The notes under the pieces: generated by a model
What the model saw: only the letters and a program-made list of their open reading frames with translations
Databases searched by the model: none
What the model was told of the DNA's origin: nothing
Program-made: the position numbers and the translations under genes
DNA from: a bacterium
GTDB taxonomy: Bacteria; Bdellovibrionota_C; UBA2361; RFPC01
DNA: 49,489 nt
Assembly (NCBI GenBank): GCA_022763385.1
Contig: JALEGQ010000033.1
Coordinates: 1 to 49,489, forward strand
Direction of reading: 5' to 3'
Shown: positions 1 through 10,683 of the stretch, in pieces
Position numbering within the stretch: the stretch's first letter is position 1
Layout: every line of letters begins with the position of its first letter

Positions 1-2
1 CT

Positions 3-671
3 CCAAGTGCCTCCCTTTCGGAGCTTGAGCGACGGGCGCTGCGGAAAGTAGAGCTCATTTCCACCTTGGAGGACCTTCCTCCGGGAGCGAACGGGGTGCT
101 TCATCCCCTGATGAGTCCTCTCTTTTCCCCGAGCGGTGGTCCAGCTCTTCGGGGGCTTTTTCTTCGAGCAGCAAAAAGAGAAACGCTCTCGTCTTTCGCA
201 CTCTGTCAGGGAAGGCTCTGTGCCCGCCTGCTCGTTTCCCGACGAGGAGCGGCACACTATCACGTTGAGCTGTTTCGACGGACTCCGACTGCTCCTCTCG
301 GAACGATCGAAGCGCTTCTTCTCAATGTGATCACCGTGCTCGCTCGACGAGAGGCGCTGACACTCAGCCTCGGCGAGGTCCCTTTTGCTCCGGAAGGGGT
401 GACTTTCGGAGTGCCTGGTAATGCGCGCTCTTCTGCGATGAGAGCCTTTGAACGATCGTTTTCCAGTGGCGGAAGAGCACTCCTTGAATGTGGATACTCC
501 GTTCAGGGGCTCTACGAGTTCAAAAATAAATTCTCTCCTCACTGGGAACCGACTTTCTGGTGTTTCCCCTCTTCAAGCTCTCTTCCAACTTGGTGGGCAA
601 TTCTTCGTGCGACCCGAATCGAAGCGCTACTTCGCTATGGACTCCGACGAAGACTAAAAAAACTCTCGTAG
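3..671 (+). CDS. Phosphatidylglycerol lysyltransferase-like C-terminal (DUF2156/MprF-type) domain protein, 5'-truncated by window
   Basis: Frame is open from base 3. C-terminal 'YSVQGLYEFKNKFSPHWEP' and 'GTIEALL...LSLGEVP' resemble the LPG synthase C-terminal motifs. Confidence 0.65.
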   Translation, partial: PSASLSELERRALRKVELISTLEDLPPGANGVLHPLMSPLFSPSGGPALRGLFLRAAKRETLSSFALCQGRLCARLLVSRRGAAHYHVELFRRTPTAPLGTIEALLLNVITVLARREALTLSLGEVPFAPEGVTFGVPGNARSSAMRAFERSFSSGGRALLECGYSVQGLYEFKNKFSPHWEPTFWCFPSSSSLPTWWAILRATRIEALLRYGLRRRLKKLS

Positions 672-1280
672 AGATCGCATCGCCCGGGTTCCGAGTTTAT
701 GTCCAACCGGATCGGCAACAAATTGTACCGAATATCCAAGCCCTTGAAGACGTGAACGGTCTCTTTCTGCTCGATCAATGGGAACTATCTCGTCGTTTTC
801 CCCATGCCCCCAAAAAAATGCCGGATAGGCATGTGGTGCTGTAGCCGGGAGGGGATTCTCCGGCCACTTCACAAAACCTGCAAGAATAGCGAGCTTTTGA
901 AGAGAGAGCTTCCCGGACAGGACCAGAGAGCTAAGCATGGCAGAGCCTTGTGAAAAACCGAGTGCTGAGCGATACGGCGGTTTTAGCCGCTGCTCGTTCT
1001 CTACCTGCTGGACGGTTTCACAGAGCGCCTGCTGTGCCTGTCGAAATGATTCTTGCGGAAAGGGATCGGCGTCGGTGTCCCACCAGCTCCATCCTCCCCT
1101 CTTATCTTGGTACGGAGCCTGGATAAAGAGTTTGTTCGCTTCCTTCGGGAGAGAACGGAGAAAGATCTGCATAATATCGAGGTGTCCGGCTTTCCCGTGC
1201 ACGAGAAGTATCAATGGTCTTGCTGAACGGTCCTCCGCAGAAGCACCCTCTCCCTTTTCCAATCGCGTCTGAAGTATCAT
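654..1280 (-). CDS. Phospholipase/carboxylesterase family alpha/beta hydrolase
   Basis: LLVHG, nucleophile elbow GFSQG, HGENDEIVP (Asp) and GH (His) give a full triad. Confidence 0.85.
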   Translation of the reverse strand: MILQTRLEKGEGASAEDRSARPLILLVHGKAGHLDIMQIFLRSLPKEANKLFIQAPYQDKRGGWSWWDTDADPFPQESFRQAQQALCETVQQVENEQRLKPPYRSALGFSQGSAMLSSLVLSGKLSLQKLAILAGFVKWPENPLPATAPHAYPAFFWGHGENDEIVPIDRAERDRSRLQGLGYSVQFVADPVGHKLGTRAMRSLREFF

Positions 1281-1309
1281 AGCAGAAGAAGGATGCCACT
1301 ATTTTCTGG

Positions 1310-1636
1310 CTATGCAAACTTCACTGGGTATGGCTTTCGTTCTCGGTAGGCAAGTGATTCACTTCCATCTACCTCTCGAAGTCCGGTAAGGATAAGCACC
1401 TGCTCAGCATCCAGTTGAAGGAAGCTACAGATCGCTTGAAAAGAGAAGATGTAATCATCTTCTTCTGAGAGAAAGAAGGTCTTGGCTTCCTCTTCAAGAC
1501 GCCCCCCTTTCTGGATATCGTTCAGGGCGGACATGAGGATTGCTCGGAGAAGATTCCGTTCGGGTTCAGTCGGATCCCACGGTACGTGCTCTTCGTGAGC
1601 AACGTAAATGGCGGTATTCTTTTCATCTTTCTTCAT
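1310..1636 (-). CDS. Small conserved hypothetical protein (~108 aa)
   Basis: Likely ATG at 1636 (MKKDEK...). The 'PERNLLRAIL...DDYIFSFQAICSFLQLD' pattern looks like a real helical protein. The ORF extension to 1936 is probably not coding. Confidence 0.6.
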   Translation of the reverse strand: MKKDEKNTAIYVAHEEHVPWDPTEPERNLLRAILMSALNDIQKGGRLEEEAKTFFLSEEDDYIFSFQAICSFLQLDAEQVLILTGLREVDGSESLAYRERKPYPVKFA

Positions 1637-2226
1637 CAATCCGTCCTTCCGGTAGTGCAACGCTCTCTCGAAGAGAGAAACTCCCCTCTCCTCTTCAGAG
1701 ACATCGGCGAAAAAGGGGCGCTCCTTTATTACGATGCGCGCCTTTCTTAAATGGTCTGTCAAAAGACGGGAGTGAGTCGCTCTAGCCGAACAGTGATTCT
1801 TTCGTGAATTTAGGTACTTAGAAGGTGTTTCTCGGCTGATACTCGCATGGAGCTTCAGGAATACCTGCTCCCATCCGATCATAGAGAGAGAGCTGGATAT
1901 CTCCACACGACACACGGAAAGGAAGTGTTGGAGCACTGAATCTTTTCAGAGAGCTCATATAAGCAGTTTGTAACGGCCACGGAGGGCAGACAGATGAAGA
2001 TTGATACGTTACGGGATCCGATCCCGGGATATGACCTGGTTTCCAACCAGAAAAATCGTAAGAATAAGAGTAAACTCGCCGCTTCGATTCAACGCGAAAG
2101 CGATTCCTCACCGAAACACCAGCAACATCACCGTAATCGGAACGGTGATGACGATGAACTTACCGAGCCACGAAACGAAGAGAGAGAGACGAAAGAACGA
2201 GGAGAGCACCTCCTTGATGTGGTCGT

Positions 2227-4224
2227 CTAATGGAGGAGATCATCCACGCCGATAACTCGGCTGGCGCCGATCGAGAGGCTTTTCTTTTTCTCTCCCTGCT
2301 GCTCCGAGGTCGAAACCGTTGTCTCTTGCGAGTGATCCTCTGAGAACTCCGGAAGTGGCTTCTTTTCGATCAGAGCAGCGGCAATTCGGGCGACTTCGAC
2401 AAGCTTTACGGGCTTGATCAGGCAGCGATCTACTCCTTGTCGGAGAAACTCCTCGACGTCGAAGGCGAATGCCCTACTGGTCAGGAGCATGACGGGAAGC
2501 TTTGAGTTCTTTCGCTGAGATCTCTGAAACTGCTGGATAAGCTCTCCCATCTGCTCTCGTTGGTAGGAACTTTCAAAGAGAAAAAGCTCTATAGAGGAGC
2601 TCGAGAAACACTCGATGGCCTCTTCTTCGTCTCGCACGTGGTGCACGATAAAGTTCCTCGATTGGAGGTAGCGCTTGAGGACCAAGCCGTCTCCCTGCTC
2701 GGCGCTCAGTAAGAGCACTGCGGACTCTTTCCCATCAGGAAGCTCATCTTCTTCGATACTCTCCTGCTTCGAGATGCTGGCGTTTGCGATGGCTGGAAAA
2801 CTTACCCAGAAATGAGACCCTTTATCGAGGGCAGAGGTGAAGTCAATTCGGCCACCGTTCTTTTCGGCGAGTCGCTTCGTGAGCGACATTCCGAGGCCGG
2901 TTCCTCCTTGGCTCAGGGCGTAGCTGTGGTCTACCCGCTCAAACGCTTCAAAGACCTTGGCATGGTTCTGGGGGGCGATGCCGATACCGTTATCTTCGAC
3001 GTGGACAGCTACCCGATTGCCTGGCGCCCGCTCACACCATAACTCAATATCTCCCTCTTCGGGGGTATATTTGATGGCGTTCGTGAGAAGATTCAGGATG
3101 ATCTGCCGAAAATGGCGACGATCGCATGAGATGGCAAGGGACTCCGTTTGTGGACGGAGGGTAATCTTGTGCCCCTTTTCTTCGCCAGCTTTTCGAACCA
3201 CAGCAGTGAGCTCGGTGAGAAGCTCTTGAACATGAAGATCCTCACTTCTCGGCTGCATCTTTCCGGACTCGATCTTGGCGTAGTCCAGGACATCGTTGAC
3301 GAGTTCAAGGAGGTGCTCTCCATTTCCTTTCAGCATCTGGAGGGTTTCTTCTTGCTCTCCATTAATTGATCCGCACAGCCCATCCAGCAACACTTCCGTC
3401 CCATTCAGGATGATTCCAAGAGGAGCCCTCAGTTCGTGACTCAGGTTTGCGAGAAAGCCAGTTTTCGCCCGGAGGGATTCATCCGAGGCGCTCTTTAACC
3501 GAAGCAACTGCTCGGTGTATTGCGCATTGGTCAGAGCAAGAGCTGCTTGGGCGGCCAACATGGTTACGACTTTGCGATCGCTTGCATCTGGATATCGACC
3601 AGCAGCGAGCCCAATCCGAAGAGTCCCAAGGATATTTCCGGCGAAGGTTATCGGGTGAATAAGAACGTCAGGACGACTTTCCTGTTCTTCCCCCTTTACC
3701 GCACCGGAGAGCATGGCCTGAGCGCTGATCTGGAAGGGGCGTCCCTTAATAAACGCGGCGTGATACATCCCCGATTCTTGATCGTAGAGCGCGAGCTCTG
3801 CTGATTCCGCTTCGAGAAGCTCGTAGGCAGCGCTTACTACCTCTTCCAGCGCTCCAGCGAGCTCTTCTCTGGAGTGAATTCGCTTCTCAAGGTGAGGCAT
3901 CGAGAGCGCTCGTTCACGACGAGAGAGATCTCGGAGAAGAAGTGAAAGAAGGTCTCCACGAGCAGCAGGCCTCGGTAGTATACCGGAGCGCAGAATAAAC
4001 CTTCGGAGCCGCTGGTCTGCGAGCCGCCGCCGCATCATCATAAGGAGTACCACCGACCAGGCGATGACGTTAAAAAGTGCCAGAACCCGGAGTTCAAACT
4101 CAAGAACGGGTGCACTCCCTTCTCCTAAGGAGTCTCCAGGCTTCGTGACGAGCCAGAGGAGGGGCAGTGCTGCTGCCAGAAGTGCCCCTGCCATGGGGAG
4201 TATCCGTGTCAGGATGTATTGCAT
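2227..4224 (-). CDS. Membrane hybrid sensor histidine kinase (2 TM, GAF-like, HisKA, HATPase, degenerate receiver)
   Basis: H-box FLANLSHELRAPL, N-box NLLTNAIKYT, G1 DNGIGI, G2 GGTGLGM; C-terminal receiver-like segment ending CLIKPV. Confidence 0.9.
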   Translation of the reverse strand: MQYILTRILPMAGALLAAALPLLWLVTKPGDSLGEGSAPVLEFELRVLALFNVIAWSVVLLMMMRRRLADQRLRRFILRSGILPRPAARGDLLSLLLRDLSRRERALSMPHLEKRIHSREELAGALEEVVSAAYELLEAESAELALYDQESGMYHAAFIKGRPFQISAQAMLSGAVKGEEQESRPDVLIHPITFAGNILGTLRIGLAAGRYPDASDRKVVTMLAAQAALALTNAQYTEQLLRLKSASDESLRAKTGFLANLSHELRAPLGIILNGTEVLLDGLCGSINGEQEETLQMLKGNGEHLLELVNDVLDYAKIESGKMQPRSEDLHVQELLTELTAVVRKAGEEKGHKITLRPQTESLAISCDRRHFRQIILNLLTNAIKYTPEEGDIELWCERAPGNRVAVHVEDNGIGIAPQNHAKVFEAFERVDHSYALSQGGTGLGMSLTKRLAEKNGGRIDFTSALDKGSHFWVSFPAIANASISKQESIEEDELPDGKESAVLLLSAEQGDGLVLKRYLQSRNFIVHHVRDEEEAIECFSSSSIELFLFESSYQREQMGELIQQFQRSQRKNSKLPVMLLTSRAFAFDVEEFLRQGVDRCLIKPVKLVEVARIAAALIEKKPLPEFSEDHSQETTVSTSEQQGEKKKSLSIGASRVIGVDDLLH

Positions 4225-4307
4225 AGCCCTTCACTTTCGCCGAGTTCGATACATACCCTTGAGATGTGTTTGCCCTCCACTTCGCTCCGCAAGAAATGGC
4301 GAGAGGA

Positions 4308-5867
4308 CTACTCCCACTCTATGGTGGCAGGGGGTTTGCTCGATATGTCGAGACTCACCCTGTTTATCCCCTTGATTTCATTGATAATTCGGTTGCTCAT
4401 CCGTTGGAGCACCTCGGGAGGAAAAGGGTACCAATCTGCCGTCATCCCATCCTGTGAGGTGACGGCTCGGAGTGCCACTGCGTTCTCATAGGTGCGCTCG
4501 TCGCCCATGACGCCCACGGTTTGGACGGGAAGCAGTACGGTAAAAGCTTGCCAGATCTCGTCGTAGAGCCCCGCACGACGTATCTCTTCGAGAAAGATCG
4601 TATCTGCTCTCCGGAGGACCGCGAGACGCTCCTCATCAACCGCACCGAGCACCCGGACCGCAAGCCCAGGCCCGGGAAAGGGGTGACGCCACAGGAGAGC
4701 CTCCGGAATATCAAGCTCGGCTCCAAATCGCCGAACTTCGTCCTTAAAGAGATCTCGAAGGGGCTCAATCAACTCAAGGTCCATTCGCTCTGGAAGTCCA
4801 CCGACATTGTGGTGGCTCTTGATCGTCACGGAAGGGCCTCCACTCGGAGATACGCTCTCGATAACATCAGGATAAAGCGTTCCTTGCACGAGATATTTGA
4901 CGTTCTGAAACCTCTTTGCTTCTCGTTCAAATACTTCAATAAAGACCCGACCAATGATCTTTCGCTTCTGTTCGGGATCACTCACCCCTTTGAGCTGGGA
5001 GAGAAACTCCTCTCTGGCATCGATGCGGTGAAACGGCAAGCCGAGACCCTCTGCTCCAAGGGTTCTTTCAACCTCATCTGCCTCTCCGTCTCGGAGTAGC
5101 CCGTTATCGACGAAGAGACAGTGGAGTCGCTTTCCAATTGCCCGGTGCACGAGCACTGCTGCAACCGTTGAATCCACTCCACCACTTAATCCACACACCA
5201 CCTCGGCATCTTCAGGAACGGAGCCCTCAAGGCTCTCCACCGTGTGATGGATAAAGTGCTTCGCATCCCAGTCTTGCTTCCCTTTTGCGATCCGAAAGAG
5301 AAAATTCTTCAGAAAGAGTGTTCCGTGCTCGGTGTGGGCGACCTCTGGGTGAAACTGTAATCCAAATATCGGTTTCTCCTCATGTGCCATCGCAGCAATT
5401 GGCAATCCCTCACTTTCTCCGAGGACGTGAAAACCGGTCGGGGCCGTTTCGACGTGGTCTCCGTGGCTCATCCAGACCTGAAAACTTTCATCTTGTGGGA
5501 ATCCATGAACGAAATCTCCCGAAGAACACAGTTGAAACTGAGCCCGGCCGTACTCTCGTCGTTGGGACCGCTCTACAGTTCCGCCAAAGTGTTGGGCAAG
5601 GAGCTGCATTCCATAACAGATTCCGAGGATCGGGACGTTAAGAGAGAGCCACTCTTCATCAAACTCTGGTCGCTGTTCATCGAGAACGCTGTTCGGTCCT
5701 CCTGAAAGAATAACCGCGGTGAGCCCCTCTTTCAGATCAGGAGTGAGTGGCGACGTGCACGGGAGTATCTCGCTTCGCACTCCGAGCTCACGAATTCGCC
5801 GTGCAATCAGCTGGGTATATTGGGAACCAAAATCTAAAATGAGAACTCGACTAAAGGTAACGGTCAT
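4308..5867 (-). CDS. guaA: GMP synthase (glutamine-hydrolysing)
   Basis: [54 protein letters not shown]. Confidence 0.98.
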   Translation of the reverse strand: MTVTFSRVLILDFGSQYTQLIARRIRELGVRSEILPCTSPLTPDLKEGLTAVILSGGPNSVLDEQRPEFDEEWLSLNVPILGICYGMQLLAQHFGGTVERSQRREYGRAQFQLCSSGDFVHGFPQDESFQVWMSHGDHVETAPTGFHVLGESEGLPIAAMAHEEKPIFGLQFHPEVAHTEHGTLFLKNFLFRIAKGKQDWDAKHFIHHTVESLEGSVPEDAEVVCGLSGGVDSTVAAVLVHRAIGKRLHCLFVDNGLLRDGEADEVERTLGAEGLGLPFHRIDAREEFLSQLKGVSDPEQKRKIIGRVFIEVFEREAKRFQNVKYLVQGTLYPDVIESVSPSGGPSVTIKSHHNVGGLPERMDLELIEPLRDLFKDEVRRFGAELDIPEALLWRHPFPGPGLAVRVLGAVDEERLAVLRRADTIFLEEIRRAGLYDEIWQAFTVLLPVQTVGVMGDERTYENAVALRAVTSQDGMTADWYPFPPEVLQRMSNRIINEIKGINRVSLDISSKPPATIEWE

Positions 5868-7303
5868 GAATGTACTTCCTCATCTTCAAAGTCAATGTCA
5901 TCAAGATCAATATCGTCCTGATCTGGCGAGCCCGCTCCGTTCGCATCCCGGGGAGCGTTTCTCCGCTTTCGGATTTGGATCTTTATATCAGTCCCCAGAA
6001 AAGAAAAATACTCTTGAATCTTACGCTTCAGGTACCGTTCATAGGTTTGTGCGATGCTCTGGGGATGATTTACAAAGAGCAGGAGCGTCGGAGGCATAGA
6101 GGCTACCTGAGTTGCAAAGAGGAGCTTCACGGGGTGTCCGCGGTGCACAGGAGGTGGATTCTTCTGAAAGGCGTCTTGGAGGACACGATTCAGCTCTGAG
6201 GTTTTCAGTCGAGTGCCCGCTGACCGAAAAATCTCCTCTGCGGTTGGAAATATCTTTAGACACCGACGACCGGTTTTTGCCGAGAGAAAGAGGATCGGAG
6301 CGTAACGACAGAAGTTCAATCGATCATAAACCTTCTTCGAGTACTCCTTCACACTCGTATTGTCTTTCTCAAGAGCATCCCACTTATTGAGAGCAATGAG
6401 GAAGGGAACTCCCCGTCGATGGAGGAGGTCGGCGATACGCCGTTCCTGGTCGGTCACCAGCGGGTCAGTCGTCGCATCCAGGACAAGCACGACCACATCG
6501 CACCGAGCAATGGCCTTGAGGGCTCGCACATTTGCGTATCGCTCGAGAGACTCTTCGGGGACCTGACTCTTCCGCCGAAGGCCAGCAGTATCGACGAGGA
6601 TAAACTTCTTTCCGTCTCTTGTGAGTTCCACATCAATACTATCACGGGTCGTACCGGCTAGTTCCGAGGCGATTACCCGCTCAGCACCGATAAGTCGGTT
6701 TATAAGGCTAGACTTTCCAACGTTCGGTTTCCCCACGATAGCGATCCGAATCGGATCTTCTTCATCATCTAGAAGGTCGCTCTTCTCGCCTGCTTCAAAA
6801 ACGGTAATAGCGTCGGTGAGTGCACCGATAAGTTCATGCATATTTTGGCGATGAGCAGCACTGATACAGATAAAGCTTTCTAATCCAAGTTCGTGAAATT
6901 CCACCGCCGCATCGACCGTTGAAGGCTTTTCACATTTATTGATGACATAGAGAATCGGTTTCTCACTCTTTCGAAGCATCTGAACGATCTCAGCATCATC
7001 AGGATGAACTCCCTGAACTCCATCAAAGACCGCGACGATAATATCGGCCTCATTCAGTGCGTGAATGCTCTGCTCATGAACGGCTGCGGCAAGGGGATCT
7101 TCGCTTTCTCCAAGCACTCCGCCAGTGTCAATAATGGTGACGACTTTCTCTTTAAGTGAAACCAGGGCGTACGAACGGTCTCGAGTCACTCCTGCGATGT
7201 CTTCAGTGATACTTTTGTTCTTCTTGCAGAGCACATTAAAGAGCGTTGATTTTCCAACATTGGTTCTGCCGATCAGTGCGATCTTTGGTGGACGTTTTCC
7301 CAT
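5864..7303 (-). CDS. der: Ribosome biogenesis GTPase Der (EngA)
   Basis: Two G domains ([16 protein letters not shown] and [16 protein letters not shown]) plus a KH-like C-terminus. Confidence 0.97.
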   Translation of the reverse strand: MGKRPPKIALIGRTNVGKSTLFNVLCKKNKSITEDIAGVTRDRSYALVSLKEKVVTIIDTGGVLGESEDPLAAAVHEQSIHALNEADIIVAVFDGVQGVHPDDAEIVQMLRKSEKPILYVINKCEKPSTVDAAVEFHELGLESFICISAAHRQNMHELIGALTDAITVFEAGEKSDLLDDEEDPIRIAIVGKPNVGKSSLINRLIGAERVIASELAGTTRDSIDVELTRDGKKFILVDTAGLRRKSQVPEESLERYANVRALKAIARCDVVVLVLDATTDPLVTDQERRIADLLHRRGVPFLIALNKWDALEKDNTSVKEYSKKVYDRLNFCRYAPILFLSAKTGRRCLKIFPTAEEIFRSAGTRLKTSELNRVLQDAFQKNPPPVHRGHPVKLLFATQVASMPPTLLLFVNHPQSIAQTYERYLKRKIQEYFSFLGTDIKIQIRKRRNAPRDANGAGSPDQDDIDLDDIDFEDEEVHS

Positions 7304-7305
7304 TC

Positions 7306-8109
7306 CTACTCCTGTTCCTCTGTCTCTCTCTGTTGGCGCTCCATAAGCGGCGCGAGACTTTCTAAAGCTTGTCGGGCGGCATCTTGCTGGGATGACTTCT
7401 TTGTTGACCCTTGGCCACGCCCCAACAGCGCTCCCCCTGCAGAGACAGTAGTGATAAAGGTCAGTAGATGTTCGGGCCCCTCAGTTCCCTCAAGCTCATA
7501 GAGTGGAGGTTCCATCTCCAGCGCATGAAGAGCCTCCTGAAGCTCCGATTTCGGATCGTTCGGATCCACGGAGAGAACCTTATCACCGAAGAGGGCGCTT
7601 ACCACCGCACGGGCTCGGTCAAACCCTGCCTCTCGATACACTGCTCCGATGAGACTTTCCACAACATCTGCGAGCAGAGCCGGCCGTTCATGTCCTCCTC
7701 GAGTCCGCTCGGCCTTACTGACAAGAATATGGTTTGAGAGATTAAGCTTTCGAGCTTGCTTAGCCAGTGACTCCGTATTCACCAGGGCAGCTCGCATCTT
7801 CGAGAGCTCTCCTTCGCGTGCTTCAGGATGCGCATGGAGCAAAAAGTCGGATATCGCGAGATCGAGCACGGCATCTCCGAGAAACTCAAGTCGTTCATAA
7901 TCCTTTCTTCGCTCTTCAGACTCTCCGCCGGAGGTCGCTGCTGAACGGTGCGTGAGTGCATAGAGCAAGAGTTCTCGAGATTCGAAGGAGTATCCGAACT
8001 GTTGCTCTAACGCTCGCAATGGATCTGTAGCCTCGGGTGCCACTGATTTGGTTCGGACGGTCTTTCTCTGAATGGTCCGTGGTTCCTTTTCCTCAGAGCT
8101 CTGTCCCAT
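7306..8109 (-). CDS. rnc: Ribonuclease III
   Basis: ALTHRS, YERLEFLGDAVL, C-terminal dsRBD (DPKSELQE...GPEH). ATG at 8109 follows an AAGGAGG RBS. Confidence 0.96.
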   Translation of the reverse strand: MGQSSEEKEPRTIQRKTVRTKSVAPEATDPLRALEQQFGYSFESRELLLYALTHRSAATSGGESEERRKDYERLEFLGDAVLDLAISDFLLHAHPEAREGELSKMRAALVNTESLAKQARKLNLSNHILVSKAERTRGGHERPALLADVVESLIGAVYREAGFDRARAVVSALFGDKVLSVDPNDPKSELQEALHALEMEPPLYELEGTEGPEHLLTFITTVSAGGALLGRGQGSTKKSSQQDAARQALESLAPLMERQQRETEEQE

Positions 8110-8119
8110 TACCCCCTCC

Positions 8120-9343
8120 TTACCGTACTTCCAGTGGAACAGAGGGGAGTATCTGGAGGCGAGAAGAGGTTTGACGGGGAAGAATTCTTCCACCGCCGAG
8201 GACTTCTCGGTTGTCTCGATCGTAAAATACCGCAGCTTGTCCCGGTGCCGCAGAGGTCCACTCCTCAGAGTAGGTGACGGTAGCAATTCCATCGACCACG
8301 TGGACCTGTGCGGGGACCCCACGGTGCTGATGACGCACCTGAACGGTGACTTCAAGCGGGGTGCTTTCTTCAGAAAAGTCTCGTTTCCAGAGATCTGGAT
8401 GAACCCAATTCAACTCTGCTACCGTAAAACCGGCCACCTCGAGTTCATGTCGGTATCCCACGTACACCGTGCCAGATTCAGCGTCGATCTCAAGCACGTA
8501 CAGTGGCTCGTCGAAGCCAGAGAGCCCAAGCCCCTTCCGTTGTCCCACCGTAAATTCATGAATTCCGCCGTGAGCTCCCACTACCGTACCATCTCGCAGT
8601 GCAAACTTTCCCGGTCGCTTCAGTTTCCCGAGTCGACTCCCCACGAAATCGCGCAGCGGACCTGAGACAAAGCAGATATCCTGGCTCTCTGGCTTATCGG
8701 CGGTGGTGATCCCCGCCTCACGTGCCAGTTCTCGAACCTCCGACTTGACGAGCCCTCCCAACGGGAAAAGAGTCTGCGCCAGCTCGTTCTGCCGCAAACC
8801 GTAGAGAAAATAACTCTGGTCCTTCTCTCGGTCCTCTCCTCGAAAGAGGTGAAATCCATCTCCTTGCTCTTCGACGCGAACATAGTGTCCGGTGGCGACA
8901 GAGGCACACCCGAGTGAGAGGGAACGTTGGCGAAGTTCTCGAAACTTTACGTCGTTGTTGCAGTCCACACACGGATTCGGTGTCTGTCCGGAAGCATAGG
9001 TCCTCAGAAAACGAGAGATGACCTTCTCCTCAAACTTCTTTTCAAAATCGAAGACGTAGTACGGGATACCGATGAGGTCTGCTACCGACCGGGCATCAGC
9101 AAAGTCACTCGGCGCACAACAGGTCGCTTTGCTGTTACAGGTCGGTCCTTCTCCACTTGCAGTGCTGTTTCGGTAGTCCCACACCTGCATCGAGACACCG
9201 ACCACCTCCTTTCCCTCTCTCGCGAGGAGCAACGCTGCCACCGAGGAGTCCACCCCTCCTGACATCGCGACGACCACCTTTCCAGTCAGGTCATCTGTCG
9301 AGGGCAACCCCCTCTCCTCTTTCCTCTCCGCTCCTCCGGTCAC
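8120..9343 (-). CDS. mnmA: tRNA 2-thiouridine(34) synthase MnmA
   Basis: VAMSGGVDSS, TPNPCVDCN, ATGHY, KDQSYFL, ESQDICF, TVGQRKGLG, PGQAAVFY. Start placed at GTG 9343 (uncertain). Confidence 0.95.
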   Translation of the reverse strand: MTGGAERKEERGLPSTDDLTGKVVVAMSGGVDSSVAALLLAREGKEVVGVSMQVWDYRNSTASGEGPTCNSKATCCAPSDFADARSVADLIGIPYYVFDFEKKFEEKVISRFLRTYASGQTPNPCVDCNNDVKFRELRQRSLSLGCASVATGHYVRVEEQGDGFHLFRGEDREKDQSYFLYGLRQNELAQTLFPLGGLVKSEVRELAREAGITTADKPESQDICFVSGPLRDFVGSRLGKLKRPGKFALRDGTVVGAHGGIHEFTVGQRKGLGLSGFDEPLYVLEIDAESGTVYVGYRHELEVAGFTVAELNWVHPDLWKRDFSEESTPLEVTVQVRHQHRGVPAQVHVVDGIATVTYSEEWTSAAPGQAAVFYDRDNREVLGGGRILPRQTSSRLQILPSVPLEVR

Positions 9344-9407
9344 GGCGCCTCTTCTCCCTACTGTGAGTACTCTCCATCTATTCGAAGGACAGAAGTGTAG
9401 CAAATTC

Positions 9408-10616
9408 TTACCGGGGAGTCGCGAGGCCGAGCCGCTCGAGACAGAGAAAAAGTCGATCTCGGAGGAGGGTGAGCTCCTCATCTTCAAAATCTGCCCGAAA
9501 GCTGAGGCGAAGCACCTCCTGACCAGCCTCCGGGGGAAGCCCCATTCCTCCCAAGACATGAGAGCCGAGCTGCTTGCCTGACGAGCACGCGGCTCCTCGA
9601 GAACACGAGACTCCTTCAAGGTCGAGTGCCACGACGAGATCATCGGTCCGAACCCCCTGAATCCAGAGCAACGAGGTGTTCGGTAATCGCGGCACACCTC
9701 GGCCAATAACAGAACAGCCGGGAAAACGGGCGAGGAGTTCAGCTTCGAGTCGGTCCCGGAGTTTACTCACCCGCTCCGCATACCGTTCCCATCGCTCAGG
9801 GAGAGCGGAAAGGGCCGCCGCTACCGAAGCAATCCCGATCAGATTCTCGGTCCCCGGTCTCCATCGAAGCTCCTGTCCTCCCCCGAGGAGGAGGGGGGAG
9901 TGGGGTAGATGCTGCGAGAGAATCGAGACCCCTACTCCCGGAAGGGCTCCAAACTTGTGAGGCGAAAGGGTGAGGATATCAAAGGGAAAGGTACTCAGAT
10001 CGCTCCTCAACTTCGAGAAGCTCTGTACCGCATCCACATGGAGCAGACACTGAGGGAACTGTTCGCGGACGGCGGAAAAGATCTCGGGGATCGGGAAGAT
10101 GACACCGGTCTCATTGTTTGCCCACACCAGTGAGAGCAGCTTCGTGTGAGGTGAGAGCTCGGCGAGGACTCGTTCTGTCGAAAGTGTTCCATCTGGTTCC
10201 GGCGCAAGTCGCACGACTTCTACGCCATATCGCTCAAGCCGGTGAAGCGGGTCCAGGACAGAAGGGTGCTCGACGGTACTCGAGATGACTCGACCGCTAA
10301 AATCAGCCCGGTCTTCCCGAAGAAAAGGCGCAAGAACGGCGGAATTATTTCCCTCTGTTGCACCGCTGGTAAAAACGACGTGATGACGGTGGGCCGTCAG
10401 GCCGGTAGCGGAAAAGACGAAAGATCTTGCCGAATCGATGACGGCTCGAGCCCGCTGGCCCTCCGTATGAATGGCGCTTCCATTCAGGTACGGAGAGACC
10501 GAACGACGAGTCCCTCCATCCGAGGTTTGCCAAGAGCTTTCGTAATCTCTCAGTATTTCTCGTACTTCTGGAAGAATACCGTAGGTGGCATTCGCATCTG
10601 CGTAGACCCGTTTCAC
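9408..10616 (-). CDS. Cysteine desulfurase (IscS/NifS class V aminotransferase)
   Basis: YADANAT, FTSGATEGNN, ANNETG, HVDAVQ, PLP-lysine in SPHKFG, GGGQE, GTEN, catalytic Cys in GAACSSG. Start at GTG 10616. Confidence 0.92.
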   Translation of the reverse strand: MKRVYADANATYGILPEVREILRDYESSWQTSDGGTRRSVSPYLNGSAIHTEGQRARAVIDSARSFVFSATGLTAHRHHVVFTSGATEGNNSAVLAPFLREDRADFSGRVISSTVEHPSVLDPLHRLERYGVEVVRLAPEPDGTLSTERVLAELSPHTKLLSLVWANNETGVIFPIPEIFSAVREQFPQCLLHVDAVQSFSKLRSDLSTFPFDILTLSPHKFGALPGVGVSILSQHLPHSPLLLGGGQELRWRPGTENLIGIASVAAALSALPERWERYAERVSKLRDRLEAELLARFPGCSVIGRGVPRLPNTSLLWIQGVRTDDLVVALDLEGVSCSRGAACSSGKQLGSHVLGGMGLPPEAGQEVLRLSFRADFEDEELTLLRDRLFLCLERLGLATPR

Positions 10617-10683
10617 CCTTTTCCGCCTCAGATCCTTATGAATGGGGACTATTTCTTCGACAACTATATATAAGGAGAATAGT

